Positions 1 to 13,100 of a stretch of DNA of 64,000 nt are shown here, piece after piece (position 1 is the first letter of the stretch; every line of letters starts with the position of its first letter). Made by a program: the position numbers and the translations under genes. Source of the stretch: a virus (taxonomy: Duplodnaviria > Caudoviricetes); the IMG/VR virus record IMGVR_UViG_3300022654_000689. One strand, given 5' to 3'. Under the pieces are notes generated by a model. The model made no database searches, had not been told where the DNA came from, and worked only from the letters and a program-made list of their open reading frames with translations.

Positions 1-277
1 TGCAGTTGCTATATTAGCTTCAGCAATAACAATATTTATTATGGACAAATGTATAGATGATAGAGATTTAACAATAGAACAAATGGAATATAAGATAGAA
101 GAATTATATCAGGAAAATGAAGAACTTAAAAACATAGATACTAATGAAGATGAATTAAAAGAAGTTCAAGACGAAAATGAAGAGTTACGTAAAGAAAATG
201 AAGAACTTAAAAAATTAATGGATGAAAAACAAGAATATATCAATTACCTTTATAATCAATTAAACAAGCGTAGATAG
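1..277 (+). CDS. Hypothetical protein, N-terminal hydrophobic segment plus coiled coil (5' end probably outside window)
   Basis: Frame open from window start (AVAILASAITIFI) into ORF 41..277 with ENEEL heptad repeats. Confidence 0.6.
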   Translation, partial: AVAILASAITIFIMDKCIDDRDLTIEQMEYKIEELYQENEELKNIDTNEDELKEVQDENEELRKENEELKKLMDEKQEYINYLYNQLNKRR

Positions 278-303
278 GACATTCCTATCTACGTTTTATT
301 TTT
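269..303 (+). terminator. Intrinsic terminator
   Basis: cgtagatagg-acatt-cctatctacg hairpin followed by T-rich tract. Confidence 0.7.
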
Positions 304-314
304 GGAGGAAACTA

Positions 315-644
315 ATGTTTGAATGGCAAATGATAAGTATGTATATAGAAGGGTTATTAGATGTTCAAAGAATTAATGTAGACCTGTCAGTTGATAAAAC
401 TCATTATGTTGGGTTGGCTACTTTATGGGTGATGCCATTAGCTGAAGACGACGATACAAATGGAGCCGTCAGTTTTTATATGAAATTTAAGCTTGATAAT
501 TTTGAACCTTATTATTTAAATGCTTATAAAGTAGGAAATGGATTTAATCATGATGATATTGATTTAACTGAAAATGAACGACATATTATAATAGAGAAAC
601 TTACAAAAACTTTTAAAAGAGCCTATGCTGATTCACTTTTGTAA
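315..644 (+). CDS. Small hypothetical protein, C-terminal-motif family
   Basis: GGAGG RBS; ends RAYADSLL. Confidence 0.7.
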   Translation: MFEWQMISMYIEGLLDVQRINVDLSVDKTHYVGLATLWVMPLAEDDDTNGAVSFYMKFKLDNFEPYYLNAYKVGNGFNHDDIDLTENERHIIIEKLTKTFKRAYADSLL

Positions 645-659
645 TTGCAAAATTTTAGT

Positions 660-671
660 AACAGAAAATTA
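660..671 (+). promoter_or_regulatory. AR9-type late promoter AACA-N6-TA
   Basis: AACAgaaaatTA upstream of the 694..918/polB operon. Confidence 0.55.
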
Positions 672-693
672 GTGAAATTTGGGAGGTATCTAT

Positions 694-918
694 ATGAAAT
701 ATTGGAGAGTCCAGTTGAATAATCATACAATCGTAGATTATATTAGTTCATTAGATATTGAAGATTTAAAAAATCAAATTAAAGAAAAATTTGATATTAG
801 ATGTGATAATTTTATAGAATTCGAAAATTTTTGTCATTGTATTATAGATCAAACTAATTTATCACTATTTTTCACAGAAGTTTCAGAAAAAGAGTATGTA
901 GATCATGTATTAAATTAA
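694..918 (+). CDS. Hypothetical protein
   Basis: GGGAGG RBS before ATG 694; ends KEYVDHVLN. Confidence 0.6.
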   Translation: MKYWRVQLNNHTIVDYISSLDIEDLKNQIKEKFDIRCDNFIEFENFCHCIIDQTNLSLFFTEVSEKEYVDHVLN

Positions 919-932
919 ATGAAATTGGAGGT

Positions 933-2752
933 ATGTCTATGTATCAATTAGTAAACACAATGCTTATTAATAAGAATAAGAATAATCCATCTACAAAGAT
1001 AGTATTTGTTAGAAAAGATAAAGATGGTAATAAAACGTTTCAATATGTAGAAGACGTTAAATTAAAGTATTATTATAATAAACCAGAATATATGGACATA
1101 GGAATGGTAAACTTTATAGAACCTGAAAAGGTTAATGGTAGAATATGTAGATATGACGATTTATATAAAGATATGGCTAGTGTAATGAATGGTAAACTAA
1201 AAAATTTCTATATTGAAGCTGTTAATAGTGGTGAAGGTGTATTTAGTAAATTAAGACGAATGCATTTGGATTATGGTTTTCATGGAACTGATAAGAATAT
1301 AGTTGACAGTTATATAACTGCATTCTATAAAAAGCATAATCCTGATGAAAACTTATTTGGTATAACTAAGGCCTTCATGGATATAGAGGTTGATGGTAGT
1401 GTAATAGTAGGTTTCCCAGAACCAAGTTTAGCAGAGGCACCAGTCAATGTTATAACATTAGTTTGTGATAATGGACATGTATATACATTATGTCTTAAGT
1501 ATGATACAGAAACTTATGAAAATTGTATGTCCCGACAAGAAGAATTAATAAATGATTTAAAAGAAAGATATAAAGACACTAAATGGGATTTTAAATTTAA
1601 GATAGAAGAATTTGATGATGAATTAGATTTAATCAAAAGATTCTTTTATATTGTTAATGAAATTGAAAGACCTGATTTTATGGCAGCATGGAATGCAACA
1701 TTCGACTACCAATATCTATATAATCGTATAATAAGATTAGATGCCGATCCTGCAACTGTATGCTGTCCAGAAGATTTAGAATATAAAGGAGTTCATATTA
1801 AGATAGATACGAAGAATAGCGACCCTTGTGATAAATCTGACTTATTTGAATTTAACGGCTATAGCGTGTATGTTGATCAGCTTGCTATATATGCTAACCT
1901 ACGTAAATCAGCTAAAGAAGAATCATATGCATTGGATTATATAGGCGGTAAATTATTAGGAATTCATAAAGATAAAGTTGAAGGAGATATCAAAACATTC
2001 CATTTTGTAGATTATAGAAAGTTCCTATTCTACAATATACAAGATGCTATCATGTTATTACAGATAGAAGAAAAGAATAAAGACTTCGATCTATTCCAAA
2101 AAGTTGCATCATTAACAGAAACTAGAGTGACACATGCATTAAAGAAAACTGTGTGTTTAAGAAATCTAGCTGATAAATTCTATAGAGATAAAGGATTAAT
2201 AATTAGTAATAACCGTAGTAAACTTTATGTTAAAGACGAATCATCTAAGATACGTGGTGCGTTAAACTAACAGGCGCACGTTAAAGCTCTTTAATTGCTG
2301 GGAACTCCTATATGGACAATCAGCAGCCTTGAAAAAAGGTTCAACGACTATCGAAACCGTTAATAAGGGAGTAGAGTACCGAAAGGGAAACAAGAGCCGT
2401 CAGAAATGGCGATGATATAGTCTGATCTGTATAGCAATATACAGTTAACACATATGTTGTTGGGGATCCAAATCATACAGCATTTAATGGTATGGAGATA
2501 GCAGGTCGAGTTAGTAAGTTCTTATATGAATCAGTAATAGATTTCGACTTAAGTTCTCTATATCCTTCAATAATACTTGCATTTAATATATCACCTGAGA
2601 CATGTATTGGTAAAGTTAAGATAGATAGTGATATAGGTAATGCTGAACAATTATTAAATGATTTTGCTTCTGGCGATGTAATAAACTTTGGTAAGAAATG
2701 GATGAATTTACCAGGTATAGAAGATATTCTTAATGAGATTGATAATATATAA
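933..2752 (+). CDS. Family B DNA polymerase subunit (3'-5' exonuclease + motif A) of a split polymerase; exons 933..2262 and 2457..2752, about 541 aa
   Basis: Exo motifs MDIEV, AWNATFD, YNIQD; spliced IRGAFVGDP; DFDLSSLYPS motif A; no motif B/C. Confidence 0.9.
2263..2456 (+). mobile_element. Group I intron, ORF-less, 194 nt, in DNA polymerase
   Basis: P1 gtgcgt/gcgcac with U.G; P3 gctctt/aagagc; AATTGCTGG...AATCAGCAG; P7 GACTA/TAGTC; terminal G2456; removal restores frame. Confidence 0.92.
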
Positions 2753-2786
2753 TAAACGTATAATGTATAATAGGAGGCTATAACTT

Positions 2787-3443
2787 ATGAATAAATTTAA
2801 TGTCGGAGATCAAGTAGTATGCAAGAGTTCACACTTCGCTTTTGCCATAGATATGGCAACTGGAAGTGTGTCAGTTAATGATTTCTTAGATATAGAATTA
2901 AATTCTGAAGGGATTTATAAAGGTGTAATACAAAGACCAGAAGATATAAATCCTAGTGGTGAAATGGCTCAACAATTTAAAGCAATAGCAAAACCTGAAT
3001 ATGAGGTAGTTGAAGTTTCTGGTAGAACATATGTAACTGATATGATTAGATGGGATACTTTTACAGAGTCTAAAATCGCAGATGACGAATATGAAAAAAT
3101 GATGGAAGACATATTAAAATCAACTCCAAAAAGTATAACTAAAAAACAATCAATGAATACACAAGCAGTTACAAAAGAAAAAGAAATTGTTAAGGAAATT
3201 ACAAAGCCTACAGTATATGATGAATTTAAGAAAAAGTATGAATTGCTTAAGAGATATCTTGGTATGATGGGAGTAAATGAAAATGATGCTAAAGAAGCTG
3301 TTGTTAAAGAGGAAGTAACAAAGATAACGGCTAAGTATTTAGAGATAGATAATCATAATGATTGTGCTGAATGTGTCAAATTAGTATTTAATATTATTGA
3401 TAATATTGATGAATTTATAAAAGATATAGAAAACCTTAATTAA
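2787..3443 (+). CDS. Hypothetical protein
   Basis: AGGAGG RBS, 218 aa ORF. Confidence 0.7.
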   Translation: MNKFNVGDQVVCKSSHFAFAIDMATGSVSVNDFLDIELNSEGIYKGVIQRPEDINPSGEMAQQFKAIAKPEYEVVEVSGRTYVTDMIRWDTFTESKIADDEYEKMMEDILKSTPKSITKKQSMNTQAVTKEKEIVKEITKPTVYDEFKKKYELLKRYLGMMGVNENDAKEAVVKEEVTKITAKYLEIDNHNDCAECVKLVFNIIDNIDEFIKDIENLN

Positions 3444-3479
3444 GGTTTTCTATATTAAAATTATTTGGAGGTGTAATGT

Positions 3480-3863
3480 ATGTATTATATAGAAGTTGTT
3501 GAAGATTTTAATTTATTCGATTTTGTAGATGAAAACGAAATTAACAAAAAAACATACATCGAGGATAATCTTTCAGATGTTGTAAAGCGTATTAGTAATA
3601 TTGTAATAGAAACCAACATACCTAAAAACGAAACTAAACAACTTCTTTTAAGCTCAAATGGGTATATGAATTTATTACACTCCGATGAATTAAGTGAACA
3701 ATACTTAGATGAGAGTATAAATCGAGCATTTCGCAATAATGATGATATTAAAGTAACATTGATGTCGACTGAAGATGAAGATGATTGTACCACATCATTA
3801 TCAACATATATGTATTCGATTTATATCAAGAACGAAAAAAGCTATGTAGAATCAATATTATAG
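3480..3863 (+). CDS. Small hypothetical protein, C-terminal-motif family
   Basis: GGAGG RBS; ends KSYVESIL. Confidence 0.7.
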   Translation: MYYIEVVEDFNLFDFVDENEINKKTYIEDNLSDVVKRISNIVIETNIPKNETKQLLLSSNGYMNLLHSDELSEQYLDESINRAFRNNDDIKVTLMSTEDEDDCTTSLSTYMYSIYIKNEKSYVESIL

Positions 3864-3873
3864 GAGGAATGAT

Positions 3874-4626
3874 ATGATTAATATAAGCGCTAAGTATTAT
3901 AACAAATGTGTTAAATTCTTTATAGACGTTATTAAAAAGTATAGAACTAATGATGAAGATATAGTTAGTATAGATGATGATGGAAATCTATATGTATATA
4001 ATTCAGAAACAGTACCAGAATATTATACAATGCATCCAATATATAGAAAATGGAAAAAAGATAATAAAAAACTTACGATTGCTGATGAAGAAGAAGTTAA
4101 AGCGGTTAACAATTTTATAGACAAATTTAAAAATTATGGATTAAAACCTATAGAAATTATAGAGATTGGTAAGAACTTAACTGGTAAAAATGTCACAAAC
4201 ATAATATTACGTGAAGACAAAATGACTATAACATTAGAAGATAAAATTGATAAGAAAAACCCAGGTAAATTATTAGGAAGTTATGATTTTGATATAAATT
4301 TATATGAAAAAGAAGCACCTAAGTATGACATGACTAATATAGAATGCGATAATTATAAAGAATACGAAGATGTATTAGCTACAGATATATTAGGAAAACG
4401 TTTACAAATTAAAGATGATGTGTTTATAGATATCTGGAAGGCTCACTTCATGGCATTTGACGCATTTACATTAGACACAGTATACTTATTAGAAGAAACG
4501 GAAGATACAGTGTTATTAATATTAGAAAGTAATCTTAAAGAAGAATTGATAGATAAGTCAAAATCGGGTAATACTTATTTTGACAACGTATATTGTTTTT
4601 ATCGTATAGCCAAATGTAGAGCCTAA
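3874..4626 (+). CDS. Hypothetical protein
   Basis: AGGAGG RBS, 250 aa ORF. Confidence 0.7.
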   Translation: MINISAKYYNKCVKFFIDVIKKYRTNDEDIVSIDDDGNLYVYNSETVPEYYTMHPIYRKWKKDNKKLTIADEEEVKAVNNFIDKFKNYGLKPIEIIEIGKNLTGKNVTNIILREDKMTITLEDKIDKKNPGKLLGSYDFDINLYEKEAPKYDMTNIECDNYKEYEDVLATDILGKRLQIKDDVFIDIWKAHFMAFDAFTLDTVYLLEETEDTVLLILESNLKEELIDKSKSGNTYFDNVYCFYRIAKCRA

Positions 4627-4661
4627 CCAGGCTCTATTTTTTTTATAAGGAGGGTACGTAA

Positions 4662-7061
4662 ATGGCGAGAAATAATAGCAAAAAGACTCAAAATGATATA
4701 GATAAGCTAGAACGCGATATAATGGGTATTTCTAAAAAAGATGCTAAATTAATATCTGACATAGAAACAATTAGTAAAATTATTGATGACAATAATGTTG
4801 AATTTGAAAAATATTTAGGAAAAGCACCTATTGAAATGCTTACAACACTAACTGCTGCTAAGAATTCAATAGAAAATCTTAATAGAATGAGGTTAGGAAC
4901 AAACAAAAAGAATTTATCAGGTAAAGCAATTCTTAATGATGTTATAAAATCATCTAAACTATCTAATTTATTTGAATTAGAGAAAAAACGTATGGATAGA
5001 TATGAAGACTATAAATTAGTTGAGTGCTATATACCTGAAATATCTTATTGTCTTGACCTTATAAGAGATAGTGTAGTTTCACCGGATGATGTAACTAAAG
5101 AATCTATACATATAGAATATCTTGATAAACCAATAGATGAAATAAGTTCAGATGAAGCTAAGAACTTTAGATTATTGGAAAAGAAATTTAAAATAGAAAC
5201 TATGTTTAATAATGCTATAAGAGATACTTTAATGCTAGGAGATCAATTTATAGCAACTATGAAATTTGACGATGAAATGAATGATATGTTAGCTAGACGT
5301 GTTAATGGTCAATTTCATAATTCGGTAATGATACATGAAGATGATAAAACTTTATTAAATGAAAATTTTGTTGATTTAGAAGACGAAGCATTAGAGTCAT
5401 TAGCTGAAGAATTCATAAATATACAACAGTATTTAAAGAAAGAAAATCGTTCTAAAGATAAAGAGTTTCAAGTAGTAGATGTTAAAAAGGGACTTAGAAA
5501 AAAAGTAGCAGATATAGTAAACGATAGATTTCAATTTGATGAAATGCCAATAACTGGATTCGTTGCTGATACTATGGTTGAATTAAACGATTTTAATAAA
5601 GCAAATGCTAGAATGAATAGTTCATTCCAACCAATCAAAATGGATGGAGCAGTTGTTAAAAAACTAGATCCTGCCAAAACTGTTAAGCTTTATTCAGATG
5701 GAGTATGTTATGGATATCTTTATATAGAAACTCAAGATGTTAATAGTACTAAATCTGGTAAGAAAAATCGTGAGGTTGCAGATGGAGTTCCCTTCCAAGA
5801 TATAATGGGACAGGCTACAGGAGATTTTTTCGCTAATAATTATGGTTCAATAGTTAAAAATGATACAATGAATAAAGATAAACTTATAGCAGATGTATTT
5901 GGTAAAGCGCTAGAACGTAAATTAGATCGTAAATTCATAACTAAGAATAAAGAGTTTAAAGAATACATATATCATTTATGTAAAACTAAAGAAATATTCA
6001 ATAGTAAAATTAAAATATCTTACTTTACTCCTGAAGAAGTTACTCATCTTTGTATAGGTATGAAAGAAGATGGTTATGGCACTTCAATATTGTCTAAATC
6101 ATTATTCTTTGCATTAATATACATAGCTACATTAATAACTGAATTAATGATAAAACTTTCTAGAAGTAAAGATAAAAGAGCTATATATGTTGATGTCGGT
6201 ATAGATAACGATATAGAAGGGGCTATACAAGAAGTTGTATCTGACATAAAATCTAAAGAAATACATATGTCAGATTTAGAAAGTATAAGCTCAATCAAAG
6301 ATGTGTGTTCTTCATTTGATGATTACTTTATACCAGTTATAGATGGAGAAGAACCTATAAGATTTGATAGTATACCAGGACAAGAAAGTGAAGTAGATGG
6401 AGAATTCCTTAAAGACTTATTAAGATCTATAATAACAGGTATGGGATTGCCATCTAACTTAGTTGATGCTACACAAGACGTAGATTTTGCTAGAACTCTT
6501 ATTCAACAAAATGCAAACTTTATAAAACGTATAGTTGTATTACAAAGAGAGCTTAGCGAACAACTTGGAGAGCTTATCAATAATTTATATACATGTGAAT
6601 ATAAATCTACATTAACTAAACTTAACAAAAGTAAAGGTAAAAAGAATAATGCTAAAATGACTGGATTTTCAGTTAACTTCCCAAGTCCTAATTACTTAGT
6701 AATGTCTAACTTAAATGAACAATTATCAACAGTAACTACTACTATAGATTTCATATTAGATACATATATAGATCAAAATACAATGGGAATGGATGAAAAC
6801 GAAGGTAAAAAAAGAGCATTATTTAAACGTGAAATAACTAAAGATTTAGTTACCAATCTTGATTGGAATAAATATGACGATATGCTTAAAAAAGTTGAAG
6901 GTGAAATGCGTTTAGATAAAGCTAAGCAAAGATTAATACCTGATGAAACAGCTGGCGGAGTAACAGATGAAGAACTACAAGGTATGATGGGAAATGACCA
7001 AGGCGGAGGAGACGATGGTTTAGGAGATTTAGGATCTGACGGACTTGATGGTGGATTTTAA
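4662..7061 (+). CDS. Portal protein (T4 gp20-like, jumbo-phage type)
   Basis: PEISYCLDLIRDSVVSPD, YGTSIL, KRAIYVDVG, DDYFIP, acidic Gly-rich tail resemble gp20-like portals. Confidence 0.8.
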   Translation: MARNNSKKTQNDIDKLERDIMGISKKDAKLISDIETISKIIDDNNVEFEKYLGKAPIEMLTTLTAAKNSIENLNRMRLGTNKKNLSGKAILNDVIKSSKLSNLFELEKKRMDRYEDYKLVECYIPEISYCLDLIRDSVVSPDDVTKESIHIEYLDKPIDEISSDEAKNFRLLEKKFKIETMFNNAIRDTLMLGDQFIATMKFDDEMNDMLARRVNGQFHNSVMIHEDDKTLLNENFVDLEDEALESLAEEFINIQQYLKKENRSKDKEFQVVDVKKGLRKKVADIVNDRFQFDEMPITGFVADTMVELNDFNKANARMNSSFQPIKMDGAVVKKLDPAKTVKLYSDGVCYGYLYIETQDVNSTKSGKKNREVADGVPFQDIMGQATGDFFANNYGSIVKNDTMNKDKLIADVFGKALERKLDRKFITKNKEFKEYIYHLCKTKEIFNSKIKISYFTPEEVTHLCIGMKEDGYGTSILSKSLFFALIYIATLITELMIKLSRSKDKRAIYVDVGIDNDIEGAIQEVVSDIKSKEIHMSDLESISSIKDVCSSFDDYFIPVIDGEEPIRFDSIPGQESEVDGEFLKDLLRSIITGMGLPSNLVDATQDVDFARTLIQQNANFIKRIVVLQRELSEQLGELINNLYTCEYKSTLTKLNKSKGKKNNAKMTGFSVNFPSPNYLVMSNLNEQLSTVTTTIDFILDTYIDQNTMGMDENEGKKRALFKREITKDLVTNLDWNKYDDMLKKVEGEMRLDKAKQRLIPDETAGGVTDEELQGMMGNDQGGGDDGLGDLGSDGLDGGF

Positions 7062-7066
7062 TAATA

Positions 7067-7107
7067 AAAGAGAATGATCATAAAGATCATTCTCTTTATT
7101 TTTTTTT
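7067..7107. terminator. Bidirectional terminator between convergent genes
   Basis: aaagagaatgatc-ataaa-gatcattctcttt plus long T run. Confidence 0.8.
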
Positions 7108-10100
7108 TTATTTCCAAGTAGTTGGTATACTTGCATAGTTAGTTAAATTAGTACATCCTGTAAAACAATTTGATTTAACTGCACTTGGATAAATATTCCA
7201 TACAGAAGGCGCAACCCCTGTAAGCGCAGAACAACCATTGAATGTTGATTGCATGTTAGAAATTCTAGGGTTTTTAGCTATAGTTAATAAAGTAGCACTA
7301 ATAGCAGTAAGTTTCTTACAATTATTGAATGCAAATGCCATATTTTCAAGTAATTGCATTCTAGAGAATAATGTGTTAGGTATTTCACCTTTAAGCTGTC
7401 CATTGTTATAGAATAAATAATCTATATTATTAATAAATGTATTATTTCTAAATAACCCACCTGGTATTTGACCTTCTAAATTAGTCATATAAGCAAAAGC
7501 CCAACCTACATCTGTTAGTGATAAATTATTAACAAAAATATCTTCCTCTACAAAATAAGGATTAACGTCTGTAAGCTCTGCTGAGTTTTTACCTAAACCA
7601 GTACAATATGCGAATATTGCTCTTATTGAAGTAGCAGCTTTACATTTCTTGAATAAATCAGTAGGAATTGGTCCAGTTAATGATGTACATCTTTGGAACA
7701 CTCCTCCTAAATTTGTAGTATTTACAAGATTTCTGAATATACCTTCAGGTATCATGCCTCTCATTCTATTACAATTATCAAACATACTTGATATATTAAG
7801 TATTGGAGAGTCTATTTCAACATAATCTTCAACATACTTAGATTTTTCAGTATCTTCAAGTGATTCATATGCAGATTTTGTAATAGGTGCTTCAGTTATA
7901 ATACGTTTCATTGTTTCAGTATTAATTTTGTAATATACTTTTTCTGCTGTTTTATTTAATATAGTAAATATATTTTCATCCAATTGTCCGTCAAAGTAAG
8001 TACATCCTTGGAATAACGATGAAACGTCTCCAAGTCTTACACAATCTTGGAACATGAATGGATGAAGTGTAAAGTTTATATTTTCACATCCACTGAACAT
8101 ACCAGCAATAGTTTCTAACATAGGTTTATTAGAGAAGAAATCTTCAGGTATATCTGTAGCAGTACCATCTTGTTTTCCTATACCGGTTCCTTGGAATACT
8201 CCATCAGCTTTTCTTATTTTAGAACAGTTTTTCCAGAAATCTGTCTTAATAGCTCCCGTTAAACCTTTACAGTTTGCAAATAAACTAGATATATCTGTAA
8301 CATTAGGGATATACGATAATAAATCCATTGGTATATCACCAGTTAATCTATCACAGTTTCCAAATGCATTACGTAAAATTGTAAGTTTTGAATTGTTTGC
8401 GAACAGTGTACCAGGTATAGAACCTGATATATTATTTATATATGAGTGTTCAGAATCTCCTATATCTCTTGCAAACATAGATTGAATAGTTGTAAGTTCT
8501 TTATTATTTGCAAATAGATTTGGAGGTATAGATCCTTCTAATTTTAAACAGTTATAGAACATTTCTTGTGTTGTAGTTAGCATTGGAAGATTTGCAAAGA
8601 AGTCGTTATCCAATGTAAATACGGCTTCTAATAATCCATAGAAACATCCATATAAACTTGTAATTTTAGGATTATTTCTAAATAATTTAGATGTTGGACC
8701 TTGAGTTATTCCAGTATTTGATGCAACGTAACCAAACAACCACGTTACTGTTGTAAGTTCTCCGTTATTTGCAAATAAATCATCAGGTATATTTCCACTA
8801 GCACCTTCTAAAGCGGCTGTTACCGTTTTTAGTTGTGTATTATTTGCAAAGAAGTCTGGTGGAACTTGTCCTGTCATTTTAATTCCTCTGAATGGATACT
8901 GTAGCGTTTTAATATTAGTTAATTTACTTAATAAATCAGATTCAAATTTACCACCGGTTATTTGAGCCCCACTAAATATATTATCTATAGTTTCACATGT
9001 TTCACCGAGACTTGCAAATATTGCTTTTACATTATCCCATTTTAATGATTGGCATGTATCAAAACTATGGTACATATATTTAACTTTAGATAAATCCATC
9101 TCAGGCAGTGTTACTAATTTAGTACAATTTGTAAATGTTTGACGCATATCACCTTTTACTACTAATTTTCCAGTAATTGATTTTAATTCTCTACATCCTT
9201 GGAATGTATAGTTTGCATTGTCTAGTTCCAAATTCATATTTCTTATTTCTTTTAAAGAAGTACAATTTTGGAATGACACGTTTGACATTGCAGGGAATCT
9301 TCCTAAGTCAAGATAAGTAGGTTTAGCTTCACTACCAAATTGTAATGATTGAATTCCTGATTCTGTAACTATTATACTACTTAATGAAGTTAAATTTTCA
9401 TTAAGACGAATATTATGGATATTAAATGATCCTCTTATATTTAACATTTCAAGAGATACAGAGTCTCTTAAATCAAGTTCTGTCATCTTAGTATTAGTTA
9501 AGTTAGCAGCATTTAATGATTTAAGATTTTCACAACCTCTTAACGATAATTCAGTTATGTGTCCGTTGTTAGATATATCTAAATTAGTTATTTTCGCACA
9601 ATTTTGTATTGTAAGTGATTCAAGTTTAGTATTCGTTATACTTAGATTGTAAAGTGCGTTACAGTCTTTTATTCTAACCGTTGCTAAGTCCGCGCAGTTA
9701 TCCATATAAATTGCATCAAGGAATTCTTGTTTATTACAGTCTAATATTGTAACTTTTGAACCGCTAAGATCAAAATATTCTAATGATCCCCCATTTTCAT
9801 TAAGAGCGACTTCACCTATTTGAGTGTTACTTAAATCTATATATTTAAGAGCTACGCACTCTGTTAAATTTATAGATTTATAGTTAGGGTTTGATCCTAA
9901 TAATGCACAATTCTTACAGTTAAGTTTTTGAAGCATTGTATTTTTACCAACTTCTAATTGGATTATACGTTTATTATCGGGTATGCTAAGTTCACATAGT
10001 TGTCTTGCACTACCAAGTAGTAATGATGACACATTAAGGAATTCTATACCATCAATATACATAACACCGTCTATACCTTTAATAGGCATATTATTGTCGA

Positions 10101-13100
10101 CAGCATTTTGTATTCGCCCCGTTACACTATACCATTGGTCTTTATTACAGAAGAATTTCTTTTTACCTTCAGCTTGGTCAGAGAATGATACCTGTATCCA
10201 TTGAGGTGATGCTGTTTTAAAGTTTAATGTATATTCTCCGTCTGGTACGTTAGAACGTATAACTGCAGAATTTTGCCATGTTCCATATTCATAAACGCTA
10301 TCAAGATAAACAAAACGTTCACTTACCCAACGTTTCATATGTTCAAGTCTCGATCCGTTAGACATGTATATCCATGCACTATTTTCTTCATTAACATATT
10401 TTATACGTTGATCTTCGTTATAGAATGTTTCTCCTATCTTATTAATTATTTCACTTTCAAAGAATTCCATTATTTTTTCATAAGAGAATATTCCATTAGA
10501 ACGTAAGTACATATATCTTTCAGCTATTTCATTTCCGAACATTTCTTTCAATTTAACCCATAAGTTAGATTGAGATGTATTGAAATCATCGAATTGCATA
10601 TCTATACCTGGTCCATATCTTAACTGACCGTCATTTGTAAGACCCAACATTGAGTCACACAGTTATGTTAATCTAGATATCTCTATCTAGCTCAGACTAT
10701 CGCACATCCCATATAGGGATTTGTCTCGTTTAGTCGTTCAGCGTGATTTAAGTTCATTAATAAATTGAATGACTAATTTTTCAATATTATCTTTTTCCCA
10801 ATAAGGTATTCTAAGTAAAGTTATATCGTTGTCTTTGCAATATTTATTTTTAATTTCGTCTCGTTGTTGTGTTATCTTTAATTGTTCTTTAGCATATTCT
10901 TCACCTTTACCTGCAAAATCTACAGGTTTGAAGTGTTGTTCTCCATCATATTCTATTGCAGCGTTTAATGTTTCAAGAAATACATCAAATCTAAAGTAAT
11001 TATTATCATCTACTTTTACAAAATATTCTTGTTTATGCGGAATGTTTTGTTCTACCAACACATCTGATAAAATTTTATTATTTTTACTATGAACACAACC
11101 ACATGAATATGTATAACCACCGGAAACCATACTTCCCACGATATTTTTAATAGTTCCACAATCACATTTACATTCGTATACATTTTTTCCATGTTCATTT
11201 AAACCAATTTTCTTTAATATTGTTAGTTTTCCAAATTTCATTCCAGTTATATCTTTTTCATGTTTTTCTCTTAACATTAATTTACGTTTACAACCGCAAT
11301 TTGTGCTTTTACCTTCAAAAATGTTATATGCTCTTACATTACTTATAGTTCCACAATCACATTTACACATAAAGTGTGAATCGTCAACAACTTTCAAAAT
11401 AGTCCAGCTTTCTATATGTTTACCAACATAATCTGCTAGATTATATTTAATTTTTTCACAACCACAAGATTTAATTTTATTTTCTTTTAGCTTTTGAGCT
11501 GGAACACTAGTTGTATTTCCGCACTCGCATTTGCAAATCCAATAAACTGGACTGCTAGAACGTAATCCTTTTCGTCTTTCTTCTCGTAATATTTTATTTT
11601 TTTCTTCATCTTTACTTAGAACTAATAATTTTCCAAATTTCATTCCTTTTTCTATCTTCATTTCGTAACCCCCTAATCTATGATATAATATTGTTAGGGT
11701 TTATTTATTAATTTTTAAATCTTCGCCCCTGTTGTCCATAAAGGAGTTCCAAGTCAATTAGAGACAATTTTTCCATATAATATTTCTATTATAGGCGACC
11801 ATTGTGTTAATCGTAAAACGATGGATACCAAATTGTATTACCTTCGGCGTTCTTACCAAATGTAGTAAGAACCATATTCTTACCAAAGTTATCTACAAGC
11901 CCGAAGCAATATACTATAAGATAATAGTCGATTAAATGTGTTACTGAAAAGTGTTCTTTTAATTCACTTCTAAATTCTTCAAGTGTACTATTTTTAACCC
12001 AAGATACTAAGTCTTGTAACTCTGAATGGTAACCTGCTTTAAGAACAGTGACAGCGTTATCTCCAGCACCTATAGTTTCACATACAACACTTTCATCCCC
12101 TGCATAGTGGAAACGGCTTTCAAATTCATTACGTATACTTTCCCAAGAATCATCAGCAAATGCCCCTGCTCCAGTTACCGAGTTAACTGCAATTTCATAA
12201 GACACTGCATTTTTTTCTCCTGTAAGACCCATATTATTATATGCATAACGGTCTATATTGAACATGTATATACCCATAGATTTTCCGTTAATTATTAATC
12301 TTACCGGGAAACCATCTATAGCAGATCTAGTAAGTGGATTCTTAATTTGTTGTGGGTACGGTGTATTAACTTTATTAAAGAACCAGTTAACATATCTTGC
12401 TGCTCCAACGTTGTTTGCTTGTGAAGAGTCCATAAAATTGGCCTTAAGCGTATATCGACTTTCTGGTATCCAATCATCTTTTGGAGCGTATTCCCAATTG
12501 TTACCTCCGTCTCTTAGTTTTATAGTGTAGTTTTTAACTGGGTACTCTAGTGATGAAGTACCTTGCCATGATACTTGACAACCTTCTTTACGGAAACGTT
12601 TACTAGGATCTAATGGGTCATCATAGTCTAGAGTAAGATTTTTAGCAACTTCTCCTGACATACCTTCCATTACACCTTCAAATTTTAAAGTAGGTATTGT
12701 GGAATCTCCGTAGTTTAGTTCTCTTTTTGCTAGTTGTTCATCTCTATCTTTTATGTCGGCTATAACATTTTGTAGAATTTCTTCATCAGTTAATGCGCAA
12801 TCATATATACGGAAATTTTTAATAGCACATTGTGCATAATGAGGTATCGGTCTTCCTTGTTCGTCAAGATTATCCTCAATCTCATCAAATGAAGCACCTA
12901 ATATAATTTTACCATCAAATGAGAATGGTTCTGTAGATGACATATACGCTGCTTTAGTTATAACACCATTTACGTACTGAATCATTATATTCTGGTCTCT
13001 GTCTATGACCCACGTCATACGTGTCCAAGTATCATCTTGGAATTGGCATTCAGTTATTTTGGAGTTTCTACTACGTAAACTACCTACTTGAGTATCTATA

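Noticed and set aside
2260-2492. Stop-codon readthrough, alternative genetic code or pseudogenes as the explanation for broken core genes
   Set aside because: Each break coincides with a complete group I core, and precise excision restores the frame and motif; TAA/TAG/TGA otherwise behave as normal stops.
7108-9400. Repeat region as a DGR target or invertible cassette
   Set aside because: Repeats are degenerate protein-level LRR/BspA units; no template copy or recombinase seen.
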